Shown: piece by piece, positions 19,670 through 31,319 of the stretch
Layout of the letters: each line of letters starts with the position of its first letter
Numbering within the stretch: position 1 is the stretch's first letter
Source: Octopus bimaculoides
Taxonomy: Eukaryota
Direction: 5' to 3'
Assembly: GCF_001194135.2 (NCBI RefSeq)
Contig: NC_068997.1
Coordinates: 3,774,260 to 3,807,312 of the forward strand
DNA length: 33,053 nt
The notes under the pieces: generated by a model
The model's database searches: none
Told to the model about the DNA's origin: nothing
The model's input: the letters and a program-made list of their open reading frames with translations, nothing else
Translations under genes and position numbers: made by a program

Positions 19670-20172
19670 NNNNNNNNNNNNNNNNNNNNNNNNNNNNNNN
19701 NNNNNNNNNNNNNNNNNNNNNNNNNNNNNNNNNNNNNNNNNNNNNNNNNNNNNNNNNNNNNNNNNNNNNNNNNNNNNNNNNNNNNNNNNNNNNNNNNNNN
19801 NNNNNNNNNNNNNNNNNNNNNNNNNNNNNNNNNNNNNNNNNNNNNNNNNNNNNNNNNNNNNNNNNNNNNNNNNNNNNNNNNNNNNNNNNNNNNNNNNNNN
19901 NNNNNNNNNNNNNNNNNNNNNNNNNNNNNNNNNNNNNNNNNNNNNNNNNNNNNNNNNNNNNNNNNNNNNNNNNNNNNNNNNNNNNNNNNNNNNNNNNNNN
20001 NNNNNNNNNNNNNNNNNNNNNNNNNNNNNNNNNNNNNNNNNNNNNNNNNNNNNNNNNNNNNNNNNNNNNNNNNNNNNNNNNNNNNNNNNNNNNNNNNNNN
20101 NNNNNNNNNNNNNNNNNNNNNNNNNNNNNNNNNNNNNNNNNNNNNNNNNNNNNNNNNNNNNNNNNNNNNNNN
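19670..20172. other. assembly gap (N run)
   Basis: N run between (TA)n and (GA)n. Confidence 0.99.
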
Positions 20173-20233
<61 letters not shown>

Positions 20234-20252
20234 GAGAGATAGAGATAGAGAG

Positions 20253-20291
<39 letters not shown>
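20173..20291. repeat. (GA)n microsatellite with GATA interruptions
   Basis: Seen directly. Confidence 0.96.
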
Positions 20292-20677
20292 TTTCTACAT
20301 ATGCACCATGTACTAGAGGTGCATGGTCTAAAATTTAATAAAAAAACCAATTTGATTATATCGACCCTGGTCCTCATCTGTCATTTGCTTAAACCGACAC
20401 CGAAAGAAAATGAAAGGAAAGAAATCTCAGATCTTAAAGAATTACGCAATATATTGCAAAGAAATATATCGAGAGCGTTAACAATTCTACCAGATCTTCT
20501 CGCTATGACGAGTCAATTAAAGATTGTACAATTGCACATTCAACTGAGGAATTACTCCCTACTATAGTGTATGTTTATTGTATTTTAACAAGAACGAAAA
20601 GTGACAGTAATTTTGAAATTTCATGCATACATGCACGCGTACATACATACACACATACGTGCATACATACATACATT

Positions 20678-20968
20678 GTCGACAGATGAGATGCGGATCT
20701 TCTCAGTATTGAAAACCCTTATGCTCAAATGATTCGAAATTGAATCCCGGTGTCTTTCTAGAGCTCAAATCATACTGTTATTGTCAACTTCTCTATCTGC
20801 ATAATTGCTTCCACATCTGGTCAGCTTGATTTCTCTTAAAGCCACTCTTTACCCCGCAGAATTGTTCCCCCATAAAGACATTGGAGCCTAAGTACGAATC
20901 ATTTGAGCGCTAAGTGTTTTCTATACCGAGAATATGCATGTATATATCTCTGGATCTCATCTGTTGTC
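20678..20968. mobile_element. old TIR element (MITE-like), ~60-bp imperfect TIRs
   Basis: ACAGATGAGAT...TTCTCAGTATTGAAAACCCTTATGCTCAAATGATTCG is the inverted counterpart of CGAATCATTTGAGCGCTAAGTGTTTTCTATACCGAGAA...ATCTCATCTGT. Confidence 0.55.
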
Positions 20969-21479
20969 TATATACCCGTTTCTTGGATAAACAATTCTTG
21001 GACACATGTAAAAGAATATCCCAATTCCCCGTAACGATCTCTACATGGAACCCACACAACTGAAAACAAACGACTTCATATCTCGTTTGTACTCTTTTTA
21101 TTCTGTCTAATAGGGCTTACGCATGCCTTATTATTATACATATCTATATGTTTATACTTAGATATTCATCGTCTGAAAGTTTTCAGTCTTTGTATGCATG
21201 TATGTATGTATGTATGTGCGTGTGTATGTATGTATGTATGTATGTATCTATGTACGTACGTGAGAGAATGAAATATGGAATTCACGAGACTCTTTATCAT
21301 TCATATATTATTCTGGTGAATACCAGCCTCATGGGTTCCATTTTCTTTCTCTCATATCTTTATAAGCTCTATGGAATCCCTGATGTAAACCAGTGGCATA
21401 TACCTCCATATTGTTGATGAAATCAGGTAGCCGAATACTGTAAATGGCATCCTACAATATGTATACACAAATTCAAAAT

Positions 21480-21700
21480 CATGTATATGTTTGTGTTTGC
21501 GTGTGTCTGTGTGCGAGTGTATGCATAGATATGGATATGTAAATATGCACATGTGCATACATACGTATGTGATGTGTCTATATACATACATGTATATATA
21601 TGTGTGTGTGTATGTGTGTGTGTGTGTGTGTATGTATGTGTGTGTATGTAAAGACATATACACGCGTACACTCGTGCATATACACCTACATAGACGCGCA
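21480..21700. repeat. TG/TA low-complexity tract
   Basis: Seen directly. Confidence 0.85.
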
Positions 21701-22609
21701 TACTGATTTCTCTTACAATTATAATTTCTGAAATAGTGGTTTTCTCGTTTTCTCTTTCCCTTTCACCCCTTCTTTTAAACCCTTTCTTCCATCAAAATTT
21801 AGACTGTGAAACTGAGATTTCTCCTTTCCTCTCAGTGTCTCTCCTCACGCCAAAATTTCATACTTTTGTCCAAATGCCGACTCCAAAAGCTAGCATGAGC
21901 TCAATCTTAAACCTACATGACATTAGTTATCTTACTTCTATTTTTAAAATCAATCTAATAATGTGTTATATAATTAACATCGTTTGTTATTTTATACTCT
22001 GTACACAGCATAGCCACCGTGAAGTTACCGAACACTTCTTGGTAATTTTTCTCTGATATGTTGCGCCATTCTCTTTAAACCAATAAAAATATTCCACATA
22101 CATCAATAATCTTGCGTGATAGTTTTGCTCCTCCATTGAACGTTTCAGTAAGCTTCTTCTTCGTCTACTTCCAGTTCACTCCATGCTAGTTGAACGGCAA
22201 TAATTACATAGCCTATTATACCCAATGTATCTGTGACGTCAGAAATTCGATTAAATGATATTTTTATGCCAAATTTCCATATCAAATTTCTTTATAGTTT
22301 ATAAAATGATATGTTTATTTTTCTTTCCTGAAATTGCTTTTAATATTCATGAAGATATTTCCCAATGAACAACACGGCCATTGTATACTTCTTTATTATT
22401 TGTCTTTATCTTGTGACGACGCTGACTCACCGCCTTCAGGAATTTTACCTAATCAAATTGACTAAAGGTTTTTATCTAGTTCATATATTATGAATTTCTG
22501 TTGAAGATATCACACCACCGACATAAAGGTATATAACTTTCGCAGGATAAGTCTCGTAATGTAAATAATTGTTTGACTCATCACTCTGGCTCGTCTATCA
22601 CTGGCGGAA

Positions 22610-22611
<2 letters not shown>

Positions 22612-22663
<52 letters not shown>

Positions 22664-22677
22664 AACACACACACATA
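22612..22677. repeat. (CA)n microsatellite
   Basis: Seen directly. Confidence 0.95.
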
Positions 22678-22730
22678 CAAGTATAATCACGCACATATAC
22701 ACATGCATGCATATATATATTCTTTGACTC

Positions 22731-22877
22731 TTTCACTTATATCAGTCATTTGACTGCGGCCATGCTGGAGTTGAACAATTCGACCCCAGGACTTATTCTT
22801 TGTAAGCTTAGTACTTATTCTATCGGTCTCTTTTGCCAAACAGCTACATTACGGGGATGTAAACACACCAACATCGG

Positions 22878-22880
<3 letters not shown>
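22731..22880 (-). mobile_element. SINE family A, 3' half, followed by (TG)n to 22915
   Basis: CAGTCATTTGACTGCGGCCATGCTGGAG...TCGACCCCAGGACTTATTCTTTGTAAGC...GTAAACACACCAACATCGGTTG. Confidence 0.85.
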
Positions 22881-22918
<38 letters not shown>

Positions 22919-23521
22919 AATAGTAACAATAAATGGATCAAAACGCATATAAATAATAGTTCCTTTAATTCCAACATATCTTTCAAAATATATGTGCACT
23001 CTACTTCAAAGAAGTAAGAGCTGCTGGAATTGCACATATATTCATCGTCAGGGAATATGTTTTGGAATAGAGTGCACATATATTTTGAAACATATGTAGG
23101 AATTAAAGGGACTATTATTTATATGCGTTTTGCTCCATTTATTATTATTATTCAGATCTACTCAAAATGCATCGCTTTAACTTGGTATCTCTACCTATAA
23201 AACGGGTGTGATAACCTGTTTCTTTTCTGTGATTTTTGCTACCCATGGTAACTATTAACATATTTACATTGTCAATGTTTTTTAAACTGAGATAATATTA
23301 ATATATACATAAACTAATATATATATATATATTTGAAGATAAGCAACAAAAATTCAATAGGTTTGTTGCTTAACTTCAAATTTTATTCACCAAATCTCTT
23401 GATTTTGTTTTTGGTTTTTATCCTACCAAATTCTGGTGCCTCAAACATTTTAAGTACCACATTTAATCTTTTGATTAAATCTATATTATTATTATTATAT
23501 ATATATATATATTTATATATA

Positions 23522-23667
23522 NNNNNNNNNNNNNNNNNNNNNNNNNNNNNNNNNNNNNNNNNNNNNNNNNNNNNNNNNNNNNNNNNNNNNNNNNNNNNNN
23601 NNNNNNNNNNNNNNNNNNNNNNNNNNNNNNNNNNNNNNNNNNNNNNNNNNNNNNNNNNNNNNNNNNN
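23522..23667. other. assembly gap (N run)
   Basis: N run within (TA)n. Confidence 0.99.
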
Positions 23668-23702
<35 letters not shown>

Positions 23703-23778
23703 TTGTTGTCTATACACCTGATTTCGTGTTTTGTTTTACTGTAAATTTCGACTATATATGTATATATATATATATGAT

Positions 23779-23928
23779 TGGCTTCTTTCAGTTTCCGTCT
23801 GCCAAATCCACTCACACGTCTTTGGTCGGCCTGGGGCTATAGTAGAAGACATTTGCCCAAGGTGCCACCCAGTGGGACTGAACCTGGGAGCTTGTGGTTG
23901 GGAAGAAATCTTCTTACCACACAGCCAT
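23779..23928 (-). mobile_element. SINE family A, 5' half
   Basis: GGCTTCTTTCAGTTTCCGTCTGCCAAATCCACTCAC...GGGACTGAACCTGGG...CTTACCACACAGCCA. Confidence 0.88.
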
Positions 23929-23931
23929 ATG

Positions 23932-23963
<32 letters not shown>

Positions 23964-24011
23964 TGTAAGTATGTATGTATGTATTATGTATGCATGTATG
24001 TATATGCATAG

Positions 24012-26030
24012 AGGTAGAAACATTCAAACGTGCTGGAGGGTGGACGACGTACGTTTTGTACCAAAGTTTGATAATCCTCAGATATTAGCCGCTTGAGAAT
24101 CATTTCACACGTAAGGCTGGAGGAAGATCTTCCTTTGCCTTGTTGGTTAAACGGTTTACGTGACACAAACATTTCTATCCAGAAAGGTCGAATTCTAGAT
24201 TTATCCGCATATACGGAATACACCGTAGTTCTTTGTCAAATGATCATGGAGGCCGAAAATGTTCAAAGGTACTCTGACTAGATTTAGTCTAGCTATATAT
24301 AGCAAATGTGTACAGGTCAACTCATCATGCTCTCATATATTCAGGCCTAGACCATTACTATATACTTCCGAAGATCAAGAGAAAAATCACTTCCGACTAC
24401 TTTGGAAGCATCCAGTTGCGCTACAAATGGCTCCCTTACAACTCGGAAGTAAAATCTGGAGAAGGGAATCGCTGCACAATTCCCTCTAATCTCTTCATTA
24501 TGGGAATGAACCTCCTTATAAAAGCTGCTGGTTAAAAAGTGCAAGAGCCAAGAATGTAATCGGAGAGCCAACAGCACTTGAACACCCTGTATGACAGATT
24601 AGAATGGAATTTAAGCATAAGAAATCTAGGAGTATGGTGATGGAGAAGTGTAGAGCAATAAACAGAATCAAGCTGTAGGTACAAATAGGGACTATTCTGT
24701 CGCCAGAGGAATAACTGGTACAATAAGTTCGGAAGTGTTTTGGTTATTCATTCTCTGACAGAATTAATGTCGACAATACTGAGAAGACACACAAGTGGTG
24801 GAGGAGGGTTAAAATATTAGGTTTCAAGGAAAATTCAAACCATGGCTCTTCCAATGTGGATGGCCTGCGTGGTTTGGCAGGGTATGAGGCTCCACTCACA
24901 AGAGTAGCAGAGGTGTAGAGGAAAATAGACAACTGCTTCCGAAGGTGCTTGTGTATAAACGCTAAGTATATTTCAGGAGCCCTCTAGATAAGTTCCAATT
25001 TTCTCTATGATCTGTGGTGGAGGAACTCAATATCTCGATGTGCAGAGCTGTAAAACTATACAAGGAATATACAAGGGATCTCAGGATGAGCGTGTGTGAG
25101 ATTTACAGGTGTCACTACAAGTTTGGGGGCATATGTGGATAGCCAACACAACAGCTCCACAAACTGAAAGCATGCTAAAGCTACATGACTCGGTTCTCCC
25201 ATGTAAAACAATGGGAGAATACAGATAAAAGGAGAACCATACTCTAGATAGATAAATTAGAATGTGCAAGAGAGAAGGTAAAAAACTATGACGCGAGTAC
25301 CACAGGCAGACTGGACCAAGTTGCACATTTCCAAGAGGCCTATCACTGAACACACCTGTGGTAAGAACATTTGCCCTTCTTGCTATGAGCGGTGTAAGAT
25401 GCATTCATATCACCAACAAACCTGCACAGATGGGGTGTGAATGTGTAGCAGCTGTCTCGGCTTTGTCGAAAAAGGATCAATATGGAACACATCTTGTTCT
25501 GGGTCCAGCATAGTTCTTACCCAGCAGGGGTACAAGTGGCACCAAATTGCTGGTGATAATCGATCACATTCTGTAGCAAGAAATACACGCAAAACTAGTA
25601 GGAGGAAACAGCATAAGCAATTAAGTTTGTGAGGAGGACGAAAAACCTTTAACGACAGGAAAAATGACAAGTAGTCAACATCATGGGGCTCAGTTATCGG
25701 ATATAAAAGCAGACCTTGAGGAAAGACTGTATTTTCCCAACGGTATCCAGAGAAACTTGTGCTCAGATATAGTTTTGTGATCTGAAAATGCAGAGAAAAT
25801 AATCCTTATCGAAAATAAGCATTGACCTTCCCCGTGGAAAGAAAGGTGTGATTAAGCCTTTCAATGGAAGCGTATCAAGAGCAAAATCTTTTCCAGGATT
25901 GCAGAGAAAAGAGATGGAAAGCATAGCTATTCCCAGTCGAGGTTGTTTGTAGAGGATTCCTGCCAAGTCGGTATGCAGAATGCTTATAGCCATTGGTAGA
26001 AGAGCAGAAGAGGCAAATGTAGCTATGTGC
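24012..26030 (+). mobile_element. HERO-like RLE non-LTR retrotransposon (RT to endonuclease), heavily mutated
   Basis: RT motifs: RFVPK, SIQKGRILDLSAYTEYTVVLCQMIMEAE, LDL..ANVYRSTHHALI, and CTI-S-LFIMGMNLLIKAA. Also SPTNLHRWG, a decayed GSMEHI.SG knuckle, and RLE NLCSDIVL*SENAEKIILIE...QDCREKRWKA*LFPVEVVCRGF. Many stops and frameshifts. Confidence 0.85.
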
Positions 26031-26529
26031 ATGTTATGACGTGCATATAAACATCTCGTGCAAAATGGTATTACACAAATAAATACTTGGTTGTCATTAT
26101 CTAAAAATAACCTATCGAAGAAATATATGTTAACACAGAACACACGCCACACTACTGGAACGGAAGTACGACACTCAGTATTCACTGTTCAACTATCAAC
26201 TGTTAAATCAACACACGTCGAACTACCGCGGTAAACCAACACGGTTGAACTAACACCGTCAAATATTTTCTTTATTTAAGCACTCAGGCTTTTACAGAGA
26301 GGGGACAGCACAAGGACAGAAAGAACACCACAGTGGGGACTAAGTTCCAGAGTAAGCCACACGTCAGAAGTACCAGTGACAGAAGAGCAAAATAAAATGG
26401 AATTTTGCTCAAGAACCCAACGCAGCATCTAGTCCAGCATCGAATCCACCACCTTGCACCCTTGACTACATGTAGGCATAAATAGTTAAATGCGCGCGTG
26501 CGTCTACGCACACGTATACCCGCTTAAGC

Positions 26530-26830
26530 AAATACACACGTACGCGCACACACATACGCACACACAAACACATGCTCACACATACTCAAGCTTACATATA
26601 AGTAAATATATATATATACACACACAGACGCACGTATACATATATACACTGTATATATAGTTTTTTGTGTGTGTATGTACATATATATGTATATGTATGT
26701 GTCTATGTATGTGTACAAATATGTATAAATACATCTATATATGTATATGTATATATACATGTGTATGAGTGAGTGTGTGTGTGTGTGTCTCACACAATCT
26801 CTCTTTCTCACTTTCATTTTGTATAGATGT

Positions 26831-26861
<31 letters not shown>

Positions 26862-27554
26862 CGTGTGTATGTATGTGTAGGTGTGCGTGTGTATGTATAT
26901 ATCATTTAATGTGGAAAGTAGCTTTGCTATAAAATTGAAAATATGTGGCGCATTCACATTAAAACTATTTATGCAAATATGATTTAAATCTAATTAACTT
27001 TTTTATGATGTATGTATATAAGTGTTCTTTTGTGTGTGAGCGTGCTTATGTTTGTGTGAGTGTCTGTGTCTGTGTGTGTGTGTCTATTTACGCCCGTGTA
27101 TGTGTGTATGTATGTATTTAACTATGTGTGATAATGTTTGTGTCCGTTTGTGAGGGAAAGTGTTCCTGCGTGTGTAGGTCCGTTGATGTACATATCTGTG
27201 TGTATGCATGTATATATGGGTATGTGTGTGCATGCACGTCCTTGTGTGCGTGTGTGAGCGCGCGCGCGCGTTTGTTGTCTTATAATTACAACTGTTGTAG
27301 TGAACCGAAGTTGTTCACGATTTATCTCTTTCCCATTAATTTAAGCTATGGTCTATACTACATCTTATGAGTAATAGTCTTTCGCCGTCCTCACTATCAC
27401 TCTCTCCATCTTTGTCACTTTCCGTTTCTCTATAAACGTTGAGGCACACATATATGTACATGTATGTATAGATATATATGTTTATATACATACATAGAGA
27501 CGGAGAGGGAAAGGGCGAAAGTGACACAGAGAGATATCTTTGTATATACATATA

Positions 27555-27589
<35 letters not shown>
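26530..27589. repeat. extended CA/TA/TG low-complexity region
   Basis: Seen directly; it is the source of many spurious YIYI/CVCV ORFs. Confidence 0.85.
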
Positions 27590-28149
27590 NNNNNNNNNNN
27601 NNNNNNNNNNNNNNNNNNNNNNNNNNNNNNNNNNNNNNNNNNNNNNNNNNNNNNNNNNNNNNNNNNNNNNNNNNNNNNNNNNNNNNNNNNNNNNNNNNNN
27701 NNNNNNNNNNNNNNNNNNNNNNNNNNNNNNNNNNNNNNNNNNNNNNNNNNNNNNNNNNNNNNNNNNNNNNNNNNNNNNNNNNNNNNNNNNNNNNNNNNNN
27801 NNNNNNNNNNNNNNNNNNNNNNNNNNNNNNNNNNNNNNNNNNNNNNNNNNNNNNNNNNNNNNNNNNNNNNNNNNNNNNNNNNNNNNNNNNNNNNNNNNNN
27901 NNNNNNNNNNNNNNNNNNNNNNNNNNNNNNNNNNNNNNNNNNNNNNNNNNNNNNNNNNNNNNNNNNNNNNNNNNNNNNNNNNNNNNNNNNNNNNNNNNNN
28001 NNNNNNNNNNNNNNNNNNNNNNNNNNNNNNNNNNNNNNNNNNNNNNNNNNNNNNNNNNNNNNNNNNNNNNNNNNNNNNNNNNNNNNNNNNNNNNNNNNNN
28101 NNNNNNNNNNNNNNNNNNNNNNNNNNNNNNNNNNNNNNNNNNNNNNNNN
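27590..28149. other. assembly gap (N run)
   Basis: N run between (TA)n and (TG)n. Confidence 0.99.
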
Positions 28150-28213
<64 letters not shown>

Positions 28214-28290
28214 GTATGTTTGTGTGTCTGTATATGTATGCATGCATATATATATACATACATACGTACATACATACATATGTATTATAT
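28150..28290. repeat. (TG)n grading into TA-rich simple repeat
   Basis: Seen directly. Confidence 0.93.
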
Positions 28291-28580
28291 ATTTATTATT
28301 ATTATTGTTGTGTGTTTTATTGTTGATGTCAGTTTGTTTTCTTGTTTTTCTAATTGTTGTTTTTATAAGGGTGGATTAGGTGAATCTTCAGAGCTTCCGG
28401 AAAAAAATAAACTGTGTTGCAGTGCTTTTCCATCTGTTTAAATTCTGCGTTCGTATCTGTCCGAAGACTTCATTGCATCCGAAGCAGGTCTGTGGTCAGT
28501 AAATTTCATCACCATTGAAGAAGCTGTGACGATGATATCCACTGACACTCTGCTCCTTAAACAGTTCTTGTTCGTCAAAT

Positions 28581-29194
28581 AGAAATCATTGTTTCCCCCG
28601 TGCTGGGCAGCATGTTTAGTAGCATTTCGTCCGTCCTTACGTTACGTACTGAGATTTCGTCGGTTTTAGCTTCGTTTTTCATTCTTTTGGCGTTGGTTAA
28701 ATAAAACGTCAGTGGAGGCGCAATGGCCCAATGGTTAGGGCAGCGGACTCGCGGTCATAGGATCGCGGTTTCGATTCCCAGACCGGGCGTTGTGAGTATT
28801 TATTGAGCGAAAACACCTAAAGCTCCACGAGGCTCCGGCAGGGGATGGTGGCGAACCCTGCTGTACTCTCTCACCACAACTTTCTCTCACTCTTACTTCC
28901 TGTTTCTGTTGTTCCTGAAATTCAAAGGCTCAGCCTTGTCACACTGTATCACACTGAATATCCCCGAGAACTACGTTAAGGGTATACGTGTCTGTGGAGT
29001 GCTCAACCACTTGCACGTTAATTTCACGAGCAGGCGGCTGCTCCGTTGATCGGATCAACTGGAACCCTCGACGTCGTAAGCGACGGAGTGCCAACAACAA
29101 CAAAATAAAACGCCAGTGAAGCACTGTGATGGAGTTAATTGACTAGTCTTCATCTCTTGTGCCTACGTTAGAAAGCATTATTATTATCATTATT
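28581..29194 (+). mobile_element. SINE family B interrupted by a family C SINE
   Basis: Left part 28581-28714 (TTTAGTAGCATTTCGTCCGTCCTTACG...) and right part 29119-29194 (AAGCACTG...TTGACT...CTTGTGCCTACGTTAGAAAGC plus ATT tail) join in register across the insertion. Confidence 0.6.
28715..29102 (+). mobile_element. full-length tRNA(Arg-like)-derived SINE family C with (CAA)n tail and 16-bp TSD
   Basis: A box TGGCCCAATGG and B box GGTTTCGATTCC; tail CCAACAACAACA. TSD AAATAAAACGTCAGTG (28699-28714) / AAATAAAACGCCAGTG (29103-29118). Confidence 0.9.
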
Positions 29195-29510
29195 GCCTTT
29201 GCAAAGCTTCTAGCGCTGGAGATGTACTGCGGTGTCAGCTGTTCACTACCAGTGAACTAAGGTAACACCTCTTATTTTTCGATCACCTTCCAGAGTATTC
29301 GAGCGGTTCCAAGTAGTGCTGTTTTCTGCAAGGACTCCACTCTTATTGCAGCCCCTATTTGTTCCATGTACTTCTCAAGATTTTTACTCACTGTTTCCAG
29401 GGCTCCGACAATTATTGGTACTACTATCACCTTTTTCATCGACCACAACTGCTTAACATCCCAAGCTAACTTGTCATATCTCTTGTCATATCCAATAAGT
29501 CTTCTTTCCC
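29177..29510 (-). mobile_element. R4/Dong-type LINE extreme 3' end
   Basis: RYDKLAWDVKQLWSMKKVIVVPIIVGALETVSKNLEKYMEQIG...LQKTALLGTARIL (RLE C-terminus), stop at 29272-29274, a short 3' UTR and an (AAT)n tail. Confidence 0.88.
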
Positions 29511-29946
29511 CTCGTACATAATACTGAAATACGCCTAAAGTAAACACATGCAGACAAATATATTAATATAACAAATTAAAAAAATAATAAAACCATACAA
29601 TCAATGAAGGGACAAAGATGATACATGCTGATTTTATTAGGTAGTTCTGTTTATTTAGAAACCTACACTGAAGAGGTTATGTCAGACTCTAAACGATAAA
29701 TTTCACTGGGTACATTATAGTTGACACCGTTCCACTAAATGCAGAAAATTTCTGTCTCGCTATTGGCTAAAAATAGAGTTTTTTTTCCCAATTTTTAAGC
29801 CTCTGTAACTTTTTCCTCAAATTATTTTCTGTACGACATCATACATTCCTAGCAATGAGACTGGAAATCTACATTATTATAACCGATTTTCAGATTTTTT
29901 ATTTCCCTTTAAAAAATTCATATTTTGCGAATAAAAAGCTAGATCC

Positions 29947-30009
<63 letters not shown>
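29947..30009. repeat. (TAG)n microsatellite
   Basis: Seen directly. Confidence 0.97.
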
Positions 30010-30059
30010 ACGCTAGCAGCAGCAGTTACGATAGCAGCAGCAATTGTTATTAGTGGCGA

Positions 30060-30967
30060 GGAAGTGTGACTTCGTTTTCGGGGAGACTGTGAGCATCGAG
30101 TCTGGCGAGTCTGTGCCGGACAACTTTCCGGTTGGGAACTCTGGATAATTTCTAATTGTTCTACTGAGAGAGGTCACGCTACTGCTTCGAGATTAAAATT
30201 ACAGGCATGGATGTGCAGTCAGAGGGGTTTGTTCGAGTTGCGCACAGAATGACCAGACCATTCTACATGCACTCGTCCAGTGTCCGGGCAGTTCTGATTT
30301 GTAGGTTTATGTCGAACAACAGCTGTCACTTGTGGTACGGATCCGTCTCGCGGTGAAGTTCATAGGAATGATTGCCCTGTCATCCTCCTTTAGTTGGTTA
30401 GGCAAGGCAGTTTTCCTCTGCTTGATAGCTGTGTCGAAAGAGGTTGTATGGTGGACGAGACTGAAAGGTATGAGAACAGATACATTCCTCTTTGGTAGAG
30501 GCTTCATGGACCTTTTCCAATTTCCACCTGAAAAGGAAATTAAGGTTGGAAATGGAAGTTTATGAAAAGATGAGTTTATGGAAAGATGGGTGAAAGTTGT
30601 GAAAATGGCAAGAGTGGATGGTACCTCTCTAAGCGTAGAACTGTGAGTCGGAGAAAGGAAATGTTAGAGGGCACTTGTCCTTGGTTTTCAGGGGGATCTT
30701 GGGCAGTGGTATTCCTCAATTATTCCCAGAGGTCGTCTTATATAAGAACTACATCACTATCGCTCCCCACAATTTTTTTTTACCTTTGTATACTATGTAT
30801 ATTTACCTTCCTTTTCATTTTATTCCATGCATACTTATTGTTTTATTTTTGTTATTCATTAATTTTATCATATCATTATATTTAAAACCTCACACTTTGT
30901 GTTGTCCCTCACATCCTTCACTCTGATGGCAAATAAATTAAATCTTCATCATCATCATCATCATCAT
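30060..30967 (+). mobile_element. Tx1/L1-like LINE 3' end (ORF2 C-terminus, 3' UTR, poly(A) signal, (CAT)n tail)
   Basis: LLLRD*NYRHG, CSSCAQNDQTILHALVQCP (zinc knuckle, from 30230), KEVVWWTRLKG, FMERWVKV...L* (stop 30644-30646), AATAAA at about 30932 and (CAT)n at 30947-30967. Confidence 0.8.
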
Positions 30968-31049
30968 CTCTTCCACAGAAAAGAACACTGAAGGAAAGAG
31001 GGAGAGAAGGTAAAGAATGTGTAGTGGCTAGCGATCTATCATATATCTC

Positions 31050-31265
31050 AAGGAAAAATTTTATCGTCACTAATTTTAACCGAGGATGTCGAAGCACGTA
31101 TATTTCAAGAAATAAGAGGTAAAAACTCTTAGTGTTGTAAGAAGCACGCAGTAAGCAAAACTGCTGCGTGCTTCTTACAGTATTAACAGTTTTTAACTCT
31201 TATTTCTTGCAATATAGGTGCTTCAGTACCTTCAGTTACAATCAGTGTCTATAAAAATTTTCCTT
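31050..31265. repeat. foldback inverted repeat, ~100-bp arms and 12-nt loop
   Basis: 31050-31151 versus 31164-31265; the inner 61 bp are most similar and the outer part is more diverged. Confidence 0.88.
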
Positions 31266-31319
31266 TATGGTATAATATTGCGCTTAGATTTTTATATTAA
31301 CTTTTAATATAACCATCAG

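Noticed and set aside
26130-26270. CpG-richer patch with CGGAAGT (ETS-like) as a promoter
   Set aside because: A single short motif with no linked transcript evidence.
2347-28441. Long ORFs of 100-325 aa in the track that contain X runs
   Set aside because: They stay open only because they cross N gaps and TA/TG/GA repeats; there is no coding evidence.
28350-28580. Possible coding or transposase fragment on the minus strand
   Set aside because: All frames have stops and no recognisable motif.
8968-29516. TACGAGGGGAA (8968-8978) and its reverse complement (29506-29516) as mariner TIRs of a 20-kb element
   Set aside because: The match is only 11 bp, the right copy overlaps LINE-derived sequence, and there is no transposase between them; likely chance.
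880-30967. Tx1-like ORF1 piece and Tx1-like 3' end as one element split by 29 kb
   Set aside because: Same strand and order, but there is no shared TSD, most of ORF2 is missing, and independent fragments are more parsimonious.
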